A DNA stretch of 64,000 nt from Nemertoderma westbladi (taxonomy: Eukaryota > Animalia > Xenacoelomorpha), in contig JAUCBJ010000251.1 in NCBI GenBank assembly GCA_032718475.1, positions 5,447 to 69,446 of the forward strand, in the 5' to 3' direction. The notes beneath the pieces were generated by a model that saw nothing but the letters and a program-made list of their open reading frames with translations, was not told where the DNA came from and made no database searches. A program made the position numbers and the translations under genes. Of this stretch, positions 50,560-64,000 are shown piece by piece. The first letter of the stretch is position 1. Each line of letters opens with the position of its first letter.

Positions 50560-52736
50560 TTATTTCGTTTCCTCTTAAAATTAATACCGGCTTACCTGGA
50601 AACGTAACCACTGACAGTAGATCCATTGCAAATATTCTAAACAAACATTTCTCTACCATTGGACCCCAATTAGCTGAGCAAATTCCGAAAACTAATAGAA
50701 ATCCAACACGCTTCATAAAAAATTGTAATTACAAATCGTTTTGTTTAATAGAACCATGTGAGACCGAAATTCTCTATTTTTTACTTGATACAGACAACCA
50801 CGTTTCAACATATGATGAATTTCCGGTCTACCTGGTAAAATTAGCAGCTCATACGATAGCCCCCCACTTAACTCATTTAATTCAATTATCCGTCATAAAT
50901 GGTTTTTTTCCAGATTTACTTAAAATTGCAAAAATAATCCCAGTTTTTAAAACTGGCGATCCCACGGATAAAAATAATTACCGCCCCATTTCGATATTAC
51001 CGCCTTTCACTAAAATATACGAGCGTGTTATCAACTCTCAACTACTGGCATATCTAAACAAGTTCGATTTACTTTCCCCTGCACAACACGGATTCCGAAA
51101 ACATATAACGACTACAGATGCTATACTAACAGTTACGGAACAAATACAGGAAACACTAGACAACCAGAGCTCCGCCTGCTTAGTTTCAGTAGATCTCAAG
51201 AAAGCATTCGATACCTTAGATCACTCCATATTACTGCAAAAATTAGAATGTTATGGTATACGCGGCCTCCCACTTAAATTGTTAGCCAGTTTCCTTGACA
51301 ACCGATCACAAGTAGTTAATATTAACGGTTTTAATTCAGACTCCGTTAAGTACACCCTGTGGAACCCCACAGGGTGGAATATTATCACCGCTTCTATTTT
51401 TAATTTATATTAATGATTTACCGAACTGCACAAAATTAATATCAACACTTTTTGCGGATGACACTACACTACTATTCTGCCACAAAAATACAAACACACT
51501 TATTTCTACAGTTAACACGGAATTACAGAAACTAGACAGCTGGTTAACAGACAACAAACTATCTTTAAACTTAAAGAAAACGGAATATATCATCTTTGAC
51601 AATCACAACACCACTACCACAATTCCCACAGTCAACATCCGTTCTATACCATTAACGAAAACAACATCAACTAAATTCTTAGGAGTCTACATCGATAACC
51701 ATGTAAATTGGATGGTTCACTGTAAATATATTTTGTCAAAAATCTCGAAACTAACCGGCATCTTCTATAAATTACGTCATATACTACCACTTTATATACT
51801 TAGAACCCTATATTTTGCACTCGTACACCCACACATTCTTTACGGTATTATACTTTGGGGTAACAGCTACAATTCCTACACTAATAAAATTAAAATAAAA
51901 TTAAATAAGATACTCCGAGCAATAACGTTTAGCCACTTCCAATCCCATGCACCCCCGATATATAAATCCTTAAAAGTTTTGCCACTAGATAAACTATTTG
52001 AGCTGGAAGTTGCGAAATTTATGTTTGATGTTAAAAAATGCAATAAAACAGACGCACTAATAAATATGTTCAAACCAATATCTGCAGTCCATCGGTATAA
52101 TACTCGTTCGGCATTAACTCAAAAATTTTTCATCCCCCGTGTCCGATTACAAATATCCCAACAATCAATAAAATTCTCTGGCCCAAAAATATGGAACGAT
52201 CTACCCCAGGAAATAAAAAATTCGAAGTCCAGAAAATCCTTAGCTACTACGTTAAAAAAATATTATCTAGATAATATATAATGTTATAACAATAAAGTAT
52301 TTATAGAATCTTATCCGGCAAGTCAAGTCAGTTTCCCCACCACCAGTACATCAACAACACGTTTTCATGATATCTCATTAAAATTAAACAAATTCACGCT
52401 GAAAATTTATTCTACCGAGTATCCCCCGCACCCCCCCCCCCCCCCCCCCCACCCCCGCACCCCCCCCCCCCCCAATCACCAGATAATATGTGTACAATTT
52501 ATTTAGCACATAACGGGTGCCAAACTAGCTTCGCTACGGCAATCCGCTGGTGCAATTCAATTTATATCATTCAAACTTATCCTGTTGTAATAATATCTGT
52601 ATATTGTGTATTGATAAAAGACATTGTATTGTTAATCGTGATAATTGTAAGTATAATATTGTATTGTCATCATAATATTGTCTGCTGTGAGATTAAATAA
52701 AGGGCCGGGCCTTCCCGGATTGAAATTGAAAAAATA
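50560..52736 (+). mobile_element. 5'-truncated CR1/L2-group LINE
   Basis: NYRPISILP, QHGFR, DLKKAFDTLDH, GTPQGGILSPLLFLIYINDL, FADDT, KFLGVYID; frameshift near 51350; 3' UTR with AATAAA and attgaa tail. Confidence 0.92.
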
Positions 52737-53119
52737 GACCTATCTATACACGAATATATTTCGTACACTCCCGCGCGCCAAAAATTTTTTTTACACAATT
52801 AAAAATATTACAGAATTAACTATTAACCTTCATACGTACCTGATATATATTATACATACCATAAATTAAAGGGGGTAAAGTAAAATATTTCAATTATAAC
52901 AATAACGAGGTCAAAAATAACAAATATACATATAGTTATTAACATGTACTGTTTGATCAAAAAAAAATTCACTATAAATATTTCATATAGGTTTTTACAA
53001 AATTTTGCACATAAATTGGTCATACGTAAATAGGGGCTTACTTAATAAAAACTTCCAGTGCGACTATTATTTTATTTTATATTTTATTTTATTACATACG
53101 TTATGGTTTGATATACTAC

Positions 53120-56100
53120 TTATTCTGATTCGTAGTCTGAACTTGAATCATTTGTGGACATTATTTTGATTTTTTGTTTAGCCTCTTTAGCTGCTAAACG
53201 CTGAGGTCGTTCCATTGTTTTGATATCAGTCGGGGAAGCAGCTGGTTTTGGTGTAACATTCGCCGCTGTTATTTCACTCTCTTTAGCCGTAATTTCTAAA
53301 GGGTATAATCGTTTAACTGGTCTGGTTGTCCGCCCTTTATTGGTTCTAATGGTAACGTAACGAGTCTGGCCGTCGTTTCCAGGATGAAGTTCTAGAACCT
53401 TGGCTAATCTCCACTGTAGTCGAGGGGTGTGTTTGCTTCCTTCCACAAGAACAATGTCACCCTCTTTTACTTGGGGTCCCTTTTTCTCGTTCCATCTATG
53501 CTGTTCACGTAATGCCAATAAATACTCGGCAGACCAACGATTTCTGAAATCCCGCAATATCTTCTGTAAACGGTTTAGACGATCGTTTATATTGGAGGTA
53601 TTAATATAATCAGGATCCAAAAGATCGCCAATATCTGGATTACTGTCCGGAATATCAGTTAACCTATAACCACATAGTAATTGAGATGGTGTAATTGGTA
53701 GTAGGTCTTTGATATCGGAAGATACATAGGTTAGAGGTCTGTCATTGAGTATCGCCTCAACCCCTATAAGAAACGTTCTGAGTTCGCTAATAGTAAGTAA
53801 CGCCTTTCCAATTACGCGTTTTATTGTAAGTTTTGTACAACGAATCATCCTTTCCCACATACCGCCCATCCAAGGGCTGGCCTTAGGAATAAGATCCCAT
53901 TTTAACCGCTTTTCCAGCAGGTAGTCGCGAACCATAGGATCTTGTTGAATATTTAGTAGAATTTGTCTGGAAGAAGTGAAGGTGGTTGAATTATCACTTA
54001 TTAGAATGGATGGGTAACCTCTTCTTCCAACAAAGGAACGGAAGGCTAAAAGAAATTCCAATGTTGAATTATCGAGAACCAATTCAAGATGAATAGCTCT
54101 GGAAACAGTGCATGTAAATAGGGCAATATAAACCTTGAATACTTCTCCATTTTGTTTTGCTGCTAAACTTCCTGTATAATCAACACCTACAGCTGAGAAA
54201 GGACGTTGAAATTGGACTCTGTAGTTAGGAAGTGGAGGAGGTAATGGAGACGCGTAAGGTTTACCTTGAATCCTAAGGCATTGTTCACATTTGCGAATCA
54301 TAATTTTCACGCGTTGTCTACTAGATGGTATCCACCATCTTTGTCGAAGATATGCAACAGTACTAGACGTACCCTCATGACCATTCCTACTGTGAGCATC
54401 TCGGATAATAAGATCTGTAAGATAGTGTTTCTTCGGTAATAATATGGGCTGCTTGGAATTCCAATCCAAATCAGCATTGGATAATCTCCCATTGCTCTTT
54501 ATAATATCGTCACTTAGAAATAACTGTAACTGTCTTACAAGAGTTGGAGTGTTAAATTTATTTTTGCTCAACAAAAATTCGATTTCCTCCCCAAAACTTT
54601 CCCGCTGAACTTTACGAATCCACCAATGCTCAGCTGTTTTGATGTCTTTCACTAACAAATATGGCTTCTGTTTGGTAATTCTCGTATCAGAATTACTATG
54701 CATAAGAATGCTGCCAACTTGTTGATGTTTTAATAAAATACTTTTTCGAATGTTGTCGATGTATTTCAAAATCCATGCAGTTACCTTCAACAGACGACTG
54801 TAACTGCTAAATAATTCCAAATTTATTGCTACTGGTTCAACTTCCGGAGGGTTAGAAGATTCTCCAACTCCGCATACTACATCAACATCATTGTCCATAG
54901 TCTTGCATTGGAGAGACAACACCTTCTGTTGTGGCCAACTGGAATGATTCATTAACCATGGCGGACCGTGCCACCACTGGTCAGAAGATAACAAATTGTT
55001 AGCTGTTGTCCCCCTTGAAATAAGATCAGCTGGATTTTCAATCCCTTTAACATGAAATACCTTTGCCTCAAACTCAGAGATAATATGATTACATTCTGTT
55101 ACCCTCGCCTGTACAAAAGAATTCAAGGGTTTTAAAGATAAAAGCCAGCGTTGAGATATCTCGCTATCAGTACAAAGTTAAAACTTTGGTAATAATCGCA
55201 TGTGTCCATAAACATTGGATACATATGATAATAACCGCAATCCTAAGTTAAGTGCTGTTAGTTCCATTTGCGACAAAGTTAATGACTCCATAGATGATTT
55301 TATCGACTTTTCAATTAAAGCTTGTTTCTTTATAGGAACCACTTTCGATTTCGATATGACTAATTCCGGTTTATGAATATCATCGACAATATAAATAACG
55401 GAACCATAGGCTTTACTTGAAGCATCTGTAAAAGCATGAAATGAAGACTGAGGCGAAACCGAAAGCAATTGGCGTTTAATATTGCAATTAAAAATTGCGT
55501 GAAGATCGTTGGAAATTATTTCCCATTCATCCCTGAAACTGCCGTGTAGATTTTCGTCCCACATAACCTTTGCTTTCCATAGCCCTTGAATAAAAATTCT
55601 CGATTTTATTCCAATAGGACCAAAAATTCCGAGAGGATCGAAATACTGTGCAACATGGCTAACTATGATACGTTTTGTTAATACATCCGATTTCATAAAT
55701 GGATGAGATTTGAATTCTAGAATGTCTTGCGAAAAATTACATTTCAATCCAAGGAACTTTATGACTGGTTTAGAATGTTTCGGAGTATCACCATTGTCTA
55801 TTATGACCTTTGATAATTTGGGACTGTTAGTGACCCATTCTCTTAGAGGTAGATTAGCATCGGTAAATATTCTCTTACAGTCATAATAGTATTGAATTAG
55901 ATTGGTTTCAGAGTCAAATGTTCCCTGTAAGTTATCAATATATAAATTTCTCAAAATCTCATCTATTATGGGATGAGAATAATTGTTTAAATGTTCACGA
56001 ATTGTTGCACCCAAAAGGTAAGAACTACAAGTCGCACCAAAAAGGACAACCATGAAACGATAAGTGTTGAATTTACTTTTTGGATCGATAGGATTTGCAG

Positions 56101-58770
56101 GCCACAAAAACCGGGTAACATCTCTATCAGTTTCATTTAGGCGAATCTGTAAAAATGCATTTTCAATGTCTGCAACAACTGCAAATGAACCAGTACGAAA
56201 TTGCAAAATGCACGAAATAATGTTCGGTGTAAAACAGGGACCGCTGTATAAACAATCATTCAAACTAGCACATTTTGGACCAGCTTTTGCAGAACAGTCA
56301 TAAACTATACGCAATGGAGTTGTAGTTGATTCTGGTTTAGCTACACCATGGTGTGCTAAATAATGTACTTTATCAGGTAAAATATTATTATCACACGGAA
56401 CCAGTTCAATAAATTTACGTTGCAATTGGTCTGTAATAATATTATTGTAAACTGAAAGTAGTTTCGGTGTCTTACGTAATTTAGCCAAGGTACTTGCTAA
56501 TCTACGTAATGCTAAATTATAGTTTGATGATAATTTCGGATGATTTGGACGCCATGGAAGTCCTACACAATATCTACCATCAACGAATTGTAAAGATTTA
56601 ATAAAGTTTGTATGCACATACTCATCTATAGGACGATTGATATTTTCTGTACTTATACCGATACTGTCTAAATCCCACAATCTACTCAACATGTTATCTA
56701 GTTTGGTTTCACTATCATTATCTACATTATAATTTGCACCAATGGAAATTAAACACATAGTGGTTGTGTTTACCGTAGTGCTAGTATTCACACTAGAATA
56801 TGGAATTCTACCTGCGATGACATCACCTAGCACAGATGGTACGCAATATAAACCACTAGATAATTGCTGTGCGGGTACAAATTCAAAATAATAATCAATG
56901 CCAATAATAATCCCGATATCTCTTAAATCATCACCAATAATTGGATCGGCCAATAGTAATCCTTTAATATCTGCCCCTTTCAAACTACGTGTGCGACCAG
57001 GTATAAAAAAGCGTGGAGGTAATCTATCTACTATAAGCGCACGGACTTCTATATCTCCTACCTTTGTGGATACTACAAATTGCACAATATCATACCATTC
57101 TAATTTACCGTCAGTATTAATGCCATCAATACCAGTACATTTTTTACCCACTATAGGTAGTTTGAGCAACGCAGCTAAATCTCTTTTAATTAGACTACGT
57201 TGGGAGCCGGTATCTAATAAACTTCTATGTTTACTAGTAGTTTTATTTTCACATATTATAGGCATATATGTTGTTGGTATAAGAGAAGCATATTTATCGT
57301 CATTAGTTATTACACTTATCTTATTAGTAGCTACAGTAGAAGATACAACTTGTGGATCAGAATCTGAATTAACAGTTTCGTTTGATGTCGCAACATTACA
57401 CGTATAATTTTGTTTGTCACTAGAATGATTTTGAGATCCTTTTACCTCGGTTGTAATTGCTGGAAGAATTACCTTTAGAATGGTGATCAAAGTTACTACT
57501 TTTAGTACTTTGATCTAAATGTAATAACGTGTGATGTTTTTTGCGACATACAGAACATACACCAGAACTAGGACAAATCTCACCATTTGCATGTTTACGA
57601 AAACAATTTCTGCACAAATGTAATTGTTTAGTACGCATAAACTTATCATAGGGCAAAATATATTTATCACAATTACGCACTACATGATTACCTTGACATA
57701 AGTAACATTTAAAGGCCGGTTTCTGTTACTCACACTTTGAGCTACGGGTATTGATGTTGCAGTGCCACCGTGACGCAGCGCAACACTTTACTATTAGAGC
57801 AGATTATCTCGTCATCAGAATCTGCGTTGGCGCGTAACTGTTCAATTTCTTTCTGCAAGGCAGCGCGCAATGAATCCAGCTGCCAATATGTGCAATTGGC
57901 AGCTCTGTTAATGTTGTTCCGCACATCAGCAGGCAGCTTACGCATTAACAATGCGGCGTAAACGTAGCCGGCCGCATCGACGTCAGCGCCCAAATTCTTT
58001 AGAGCCCGTAAATGCGACTCGTACGAAGCCCGAAAGGTTGATAAACCTTGAACAGTTCCTGCAGGTTAATCCATGTCGAAAAACGCATGTAACCGAGCCT
58101 GTACCAGTGACTCAGTATTCCCGTAAGTTTCAATTAATAGTTTGACAGCATCTGCATAATCAGAGTCTGTTCGATGAAAACCGCCTAATAATTCGGACGC
58201 TTGGTCACTAAGACAACCGGTTAGGTAATTAAATTTCGTGGCATTACCAAGATCAGTTCGATCGTGAACAGCGTCACGAAAACGATCCCAGAATTCGGAC
58301 CACTCGAACACCTTACCTGAAAATTGTGGCAAGTTGAGGTTGGGTAGTTTATACTGTTTCGTTGGAGTTAGCTGATACCCGCCATGGCTGTTGTTTGGGT
58401 TTGTAAATATGGCACCATGCTGTCCATAACCACCAACGTCATCAATAACGGAAGATGTATTCGTAGCACCTACAGCAACCAGTTGTGCTGTTTGGAGCAG
58501 TTTTGCGATGTTTTCGTCATAGCGACTGACTTCATCGTCCCCGGTTTCTGTCACGAGGAGCTCGATTTTTTCGCTGAATTCTCGAATGTTCTTCATTTGA
58601 ACCTCCACGGAATTGATCTTAGCAAGAATCTCCTCCGTATTTGGATTCTTTGTGAACACCATCTGTCTAGTATCCACGTACAGAAGAACATTTAATTCAC
58701 CAGCAATGCGAGTCACAATAGACCTGTGCCCCCCACGCCGCCGCTTTAATTGCGTTAATGAATCTGACAT
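53120..58770 (-). pseudogene. BEL/Pao gag-pol polyprotein with several frameshifts
   Basis: Gag LPQFSG..WSEFWDRF..KFNYL; Cys-His knuckles; protease LLDTGSQRS; RT YLAHHGV, LRIVYD, ADIENAFLQI, YIDN; RNase H FTDAS; integrase GVDYTG, SDN, PWMGGMWERMI. Confidence 0.95.
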
Positions 58771-58838
58771 AATAATTATTATACAGTACAGTTTACTTTA
58801 AGTTAAATTGGCCATTTAATTAGGTACAGGCACCAAAA

Positions 58839-59112
58839 TGTAAGGGAAATACCTAAACATGAAACAGTACGACACTGTCAAGTATAATAAAACGTAAAAG
58901 GTCTCATAAACTAATAACTGTATAATATAATAAGATAGAACTGACAGGAATATAATGTAACAGTATAGAACCACACAGTAAGGGAAGCATCAGCTGGATA
59001 GCCCAATCACCATGATAGTCACTATGAATATAATCAACTTACAATGAGTAAACTAATAACTACTATATATGGATAATATATGACCTATCTATACACGAAT
59101 ATATTTCGTACA
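58839..59112 (-). repeat. 5' LTR (274 bp) of the BEL/Pao element
   Basis: TG..CA ends, adjacent PBS, terminal 31 bp duplicated at 52737-52767. Confidence 0.85.
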
Positions 59113-59119
59113 CCGGATA

Positions 59120-59612
59120 TTTAAAATATGTAGAGTATATGAAATGAATACGTGAGCCATCGCGAATCGCGTATCCTTCATCCAAATGTCAGAGAGACCA
59201 AAGTTTTCTTATAAAAGGGGCGGTGGCCGTTAGTTCTCCCTAGCCACCGATAGACGAACCAGAAGGCTACCACTTCGCACTATTTACATAAAAATCGAAA
59301 AGCGGCCTTTAGGGAGGAGTTACTGTACATAATCTTATTAATTAATCTTATTAACTTGTGACCTAATTCCTAAATAATAAATCATAATCATTAATTAAGA
59401 AATAAAAAATCATTAAAATATATAATTTAAAAGAGAGGAAAAGAATACCTAAGCCATGAGGTATTTAAAAAAAAAGGGGGGGGGGGGGGGGGGGTAACGT
59501 TAAAACCATTAAATGATTAAAAATTGTTGGTTCCAATATTTAGTCGTTGAATTACAAATTTACAATAAAAGTAAGGCTGGTAAAAGGGTCAAAAAATTAT
59601 ATAAAATGTTGA
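59120..59612. repeat. Dispersed repeat related to 25420-25660 and to the Penelope 3' UTR
   Basis: 59490-59612 is a diverged reverse complement of about 3222-3357. Confidence 0.8.
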
Positions 59613-59619
59613 TTAGGGT

Positions 59620-59995
59620 ATTGAAAGGTCCATAGCTTCCTTCCCCTTACTCTTTTCGAATGTGTTGTTTTTTGGTATCAATTCACATTATTCCATTAGG
59701 TCTAAAAGTAAGTACCCATTTCTGTTAGAACTGGTGTTATAGGTGTAACCCTTGATGTCTTCTGGGCCAATTTGCGCATTCAGGTCACCAGCAATGACTT
59801 TAACATTATGTTTCGGAATGTCCTTTATAAGTCCAGTTAGATCTTCATAAAACTTGACTGCTTGTTCTGGCTCTGAGGCATTGGTTGGACTGTAGCAAGA
59901 TATAACTATTGTCTTGGGATTCCCATCAAATGTTGCGATCATAACCCTGGAATTGGAATTTATAGATTCGATGTTGTTTAGGGTCTTAAGTGCTA
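59620..59995 (-). mobile_element. RTE-like apurinic endonuclease fragment
   Basis: RVMIATFDGNPKTIVISCYSPT..VIAGDLNAQIG..NRNGYLL..KGKLWTF. Confidence 0.8.
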
Positions 59996-60179
59996 GTTAC
60001 ATAAAACGTATAAAAGCAGAGTTTAAAAAAAAAAGGTTAATCCCCAAGAGTCACCAAAGAGATAAACATTGTAGCAGTTCTTGATTCGAGCACACTTCTG
60101 TTCGAGAGTCAAAGAGAAGATACTGTAGGATAAAGTTGGAAAACAAGTCATCGCCCTTGCTGGGTACTCCAGGTATGGT

Positions 60180-62320
60180 CCGAGAAACCAGCTCCTTCTT
60201 AGAATATGTGAATGGTGCCGCTGCGAGAGCTCATGCTGCAGTATAGCCTGATACGATTCCGCAATATCTCGCTCGTGAGTAGAGATTACTCAGCAACGAC
60301 AACTGAGCTGCAATGTAGTGTTGGGGCAATCCAAGATCGTAACAGGGTGCCCACACACAGGCGATGAGTTGTCATCGAGATCGGGAGCAATCCAGAAAGG
60401 GAGTACAATGTGCTGTTACTAACACAAGGACCCAGGTGAATTAAGCTACGCAATGTTTTCCTGTAAGAGCTGTCAAGGGTGTTAATATCGACATTTGTGA
60501 GGGCGCCAATATTGAATTTCAGCTGGTGGCAAATGGTGGGGACTGCAATAGGGAGAGTTCGACAGGTACATAGTACACAATGTGAGGAGGCAACAAGCGG
60601 CTTGTCCATCCATTGGTGTGAATGGTCTGTATGTGCAGCTAAGAACCTTACTGGAGCTACGACTATTGTTGAGCTGGGGAGCTGATGTAAGGGAGGGACT
60701 TCTTCTTTTTAAAGCACCATTTAATTGCAGGAAGTACAGTATGACCAGTGGCTCCTTGATCTGCTGTGGTCAATGACCAGCCACGATTTTTTTGGTGGAT
60801 CAAAATTTAAACCGACATTGTTAGCACCAGCCGAAGCGACCTGGGACAAACTTTCCACAATCTTTGCAGATGTTCCAAGGACAATAAAGTCGTCAGCATA
60901 TACTAATGCACCAATCCACACCTCTCCAATAAGACAACCTAAGCCAGATCTCTTAAGATCTTCTACAATATCTGCTGTATACAGGTTATAAAGTGTTGGG
61001 GATAGTAGTGAACCCTGTTTCAGTCCTCTGCTAGCCTGTATTGAGACATTGTATATTCCTTCTTTAAACTTGAGAAACACCCTGCTTAGTTTGTAATAGG
61101 CGAAGATAGTTGATACGATGTGTAGAGTAACTCCACTCGATAGTAGTTATCGGATTAAAGTTGTGTACTCTGTTTTATCAAAAGCAGATTTGACATCCTT
61201 CTGGCATATGAACACTTCCGAACCTCGGGAAGTACAGGATAGTGTTCTATGCAATGTCGCAATGGTGAAAATCTCATCGTCAGTACCAACCTTCCCTTAG
61301 TATGCATGCGATCCAATGTCACAAAGATAGTTTGCATGGAGAATATGTTCGATGATCTTTGCAAATATACTTACTAATTGTATCGATTGGTCGATATGAC
61401 TTAGTTAAGGTTGGATTACGCCGCATTCCTTTTTATTGCTGGTTGGAACCGAGTCTCCAAAGAAGGATGGAACAGTTTTCAGTTCAAAACAAAGATTGAA
61501 TAAGGTTGTAAGTATGCCACAGAGAGGTTCTGGATTCAGGTGAAGAAGATGCTCGACTGTTAACGATGACAAGTCTTCTGATTTTCCTGTAGATACTACT
61601 ACTACTACTAGGATCGGCATGCTGCATTGCAGCTGCATTTTTAAGAATGCTGTGCCGGCTTGTCAACAAAATTGCACCGCCACAACTCCCTATCACCCAT
61701 GACATTTGCTACATCATCCGCATCTTTAAGGCCAGTGTCCTTTAAGATGCGTCTCAAGAAAGTCATGGGCTGTCCACCATGCTTATTCACTCCATGAGGC
61801 TGCCAAAGTACAAGATTATGCACTGGCTGGTCCTCACGGCGAAAGCAATGTCCTGCAAAGCGGAGGCGATTTTGTTCTAGTGTCAAGCTTGGGGGAACCA
61901 ATGAGACACCTCCAATGTTATATAGTGTCTGGTTGGAGATTTGTGCATTGTACTTGACACAATGTACCCGGCGTAGCATTCTTGTAAATGTGCCATCCAG
62001 AGATTTGGTGTCCTCAGCAGTTAGAGCCCAGCATGGACTCCCGTAGAGGAGTACTGGAACTACTGCTGCTCTAAATAATCGGACCTTAAGTTTCCGATTA
62101 ATTCTAGGTGACTTCCAAATCCTGGAAAGCCTAGAAATCCTGGTGTGCCTCCTGTAGATAGAGACACACTTGCTCGTTGCACTGCTACGCAGAGGGGATA
62201 TATTTGGTAATTTTGCTGTCGAACACAACCCATCCAAGATATGCTGAAGTGCTTCTGTTTGCAGCTTGTTCTCACTAATGTTTTGGTACTGGAATTTTGT
62301 GGAATACTATGTAATATTCG
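60180..62320 (-). mobile_element. Decayed LINE reverse transcriptase region
   Basis: GLKQGSLLSPTLYNLY, LVYADD, LTVEHLLH..LTTLFN; many stops; interrupted by an RTE copy. Confidence 0.8.
61596..62149 (-). mobile_element. Short 5'-truncated RTE LINE, same family as 19490-20990
   Basis: Near-identical RLSRIWKSPRIN..WQPHGVNKHGGQ; (TAG)n tail; 11 bp TSD tcctgtagata at 61585-61595 and 62150-62160. Confidence 0.92.
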
Positions 62321-62324
62321 CCCA

Positions 62325-62392
62325 AGCAGGATCGAATCTGCCCCATGTTAGTGAATGGGGAATGTTTTCTCACCAGATTACACCTAGAACTA
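62325..62392 (-). other. Degenerate tRNA-like (SINE head or tRNA pseudogene) sequence
   Basis: Minus strand A-box-like taggtgtaatctgg and T-arm/B-box-like gcagattcgatcctgc; no intact cloverleaf. Confidence 0.25.
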
Positions 62393-62749
62393 CGCAATAA
62401 ACAAATGCAGTTACAGATTATTATTAACTATTCCCGTTTGAAAGCCTTTAGCTGACAAACAAACAGACGTTCATAATTTTATAGAGAAAGATTATTCAAC
62501 GTACTGTAGATGCAAAGTTCGGCTGACACGAAAATCAGCGTGAAATACTTCATAAAACACGAACGCCCCACGCTTAATATGAATATATGCCGGAACATAA
62601 TAGGGGATGGTAATAATACAGTACCAGTAGCTCTACAATGTTATAAGTCGGTTTGGTTAGAGTTTTTTTGTCAATATATTATTTTGAAATATAATTTTAG
62701 ATCATCGGCCATTTGCCAGGAAGTCTGGGGCAGGAAGACTGTCCTTATC

Positions 62750-63250
62750 CATGGTAAACTCATATCCTAGGCAAGCTTAGATCATAGCGCGAAATTTGAT
62801 CCTAGGCGAACTTAGATCCTAGACGAACTTAGATCATGTAAACTTAGACAATGCGAACATATATCTTAGCCCAGGCAAACTTATGTCCTGGCGAACTAAG
62901 GAACCAATCGTCAAGGATATAAGTTCACCTAATATCTACATAAGGTTGCAGGATTTAAGTTCCCACAATATTAGTTTACCGGTTTAGGACAGTCTGTGTC
63001 GTGTTCTGTGGTCATGAACTTAGCTCGTTTCTTTACTGAGCTGTATAAGACTTTTGTTTGTAAAGTTATTATTGTAAGTATTACCGCGCTGTACAGTGTA
63101 AACGTTACAGGCGCTGCAGTATGGCCTAGCACACTGCACGACAGCTGACTGCCATCCAATGAACTGCTAAGTACGTACATGTCTAGGATCTAAGTTTGCG
63201 TATTACAGTAGATCCAAGTTTGCACTTTGGATTCTAAGTTATTATCTAGG
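62750..63250. repeat. MITE-like region with short gaacttagatcctag repeats in opposite orientations
   Basis: Several aacttagatc units at 62770-62850 and gatctaagtt units at 63185-63240. Confidence 0.5.
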
Positions 63251-63920
63251 AACTTTATTCGCATACTAGTACACAAGCTTCTACACCATTTCAAACATAC
63301 ATTTATTTTATTAGTTTAGTTACTGTAACTTAACAAAACATCACATAAGTGACATCAAACAATCAGTCGAAAGCCGCTTTCCTTGGCAGGTTGCTACTAA
63401 TGTACAACATAAAAGGCTTATGTTGTAGTAGATACCTGCCCAAGCTCACCTCCAAAGGATTATACCAAATAATAAAATGTGCGAAGATTTAAACTGTCAG
63501 ACATTTTGCCCTTAGCAGAAAACTATTGAACTGCAGTGCAGAGTGGTTAGCATTCTCGTCAACACAACTTATAGTTTAGTAGGCCTACTTACTTTTACTT
63601 TTAGATCGCTGCCAAGTATCAACTCTAAAATAATATAATGAATGGGCTATAATTAGCAAAAAAGCATTATAAGCAATGGAATTGGAGAAGTATCGAGATT
63701 TATCCTCTAATTAATGGTGGACTGGAATACGGCAGAGTGGCCTTCATCCTCCATAAACACCACACAGTCTACAAAGTATCAGATAAATGCATTGTTAGTA
63801 ACGAAATGGGAGAAAGTTTTCAAATTTAGACATTTTGCCCCCCCCCCCCCCCCCCCCTAGCAGCAGACTTGTGAACTGCAGATTGGTCAGGGTCCTTTAA
63901 ACACGCAGTCTATGACCAAG

Positions 63921-64000
63921 CAGGGACGGATTATGGATTTTCGGGCCCCCGGCAGTCGCAACTTACGGGCCCCTACCCCCCCCCCCCCCCCCACCCTCCC
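63921..64000 (+). mobile_element. Left end of a probable hAT-type MITE running off the window
   Basis: CAGGGACGGATT start followed by gggcccc palindromic repeats. Confidence 0.4.

Larger units (their letters stand above)
52737..59112 (-). mobile_element. BEL/Pao LTR retrotransposon, near full length, 3' LTR truncated
   Basis: 5' LTR 58839-59112 (TG..CA); PBS-like TGGTGCC ending 58835; PPT-like ggcgcgcgggag then 31 bp of 3' LTR (52737-52767) identical to 59082-59112. Confidence 0.93.

Noticed and set aside
50198-50560. Possible small exon MTASVTSCSMKFDLEAGDVYLQAANIVDIS and the antisense ORF 50372-50716
   Set aside because: No recognisable family and no partner exons could be linked.
59215-59285. 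HDV-like ribozyme in the dispersed repeat
   Set aside because: A P1/P3-like hairpin exists, but P1.1, P2 and J4/2 could not be assigned.

Overview
AT-rich, repeat-dense animal (invertebrate-like) genomic DNA, not prokaryotic; the organism cannot be identified from this window. There are three host genes: a two-exon LSm5 (4556-4708 + 8001-8126, missed by the ORF track), an intronless WRN-type RecQ helicase without exonuclease starting only 190 bp downstream (8317-11196), and an intronless orphan class A GPCR (34413-35612). The rest is mostly mobile DNA: a Neptune-like Penelope retroelement with inverted pLTRs each carrying a minimal hammerhead ribozyme, a 13.3 kb TIR element holding several levels of nested insertions around (GT)n tracts, Helentron/DINE-like repeats, RTE and CR1/L2-like LINEs, two BEL/Pao LTR elements, and a decayed Polinton/Maverick-type endogenous virus (about 42.5-49.6 kb). 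The most notable observation is that the Polinton polymerase is flanked by a divergent TATA-binding-protein-like ORF (overlapping the polymerase 3' end) and a PC4-like ORF, a possible element-encoded transcription initiation module. All family calls come from motif recognition by eye; no database search was run, and repeat boundaries are approximate unless stated.
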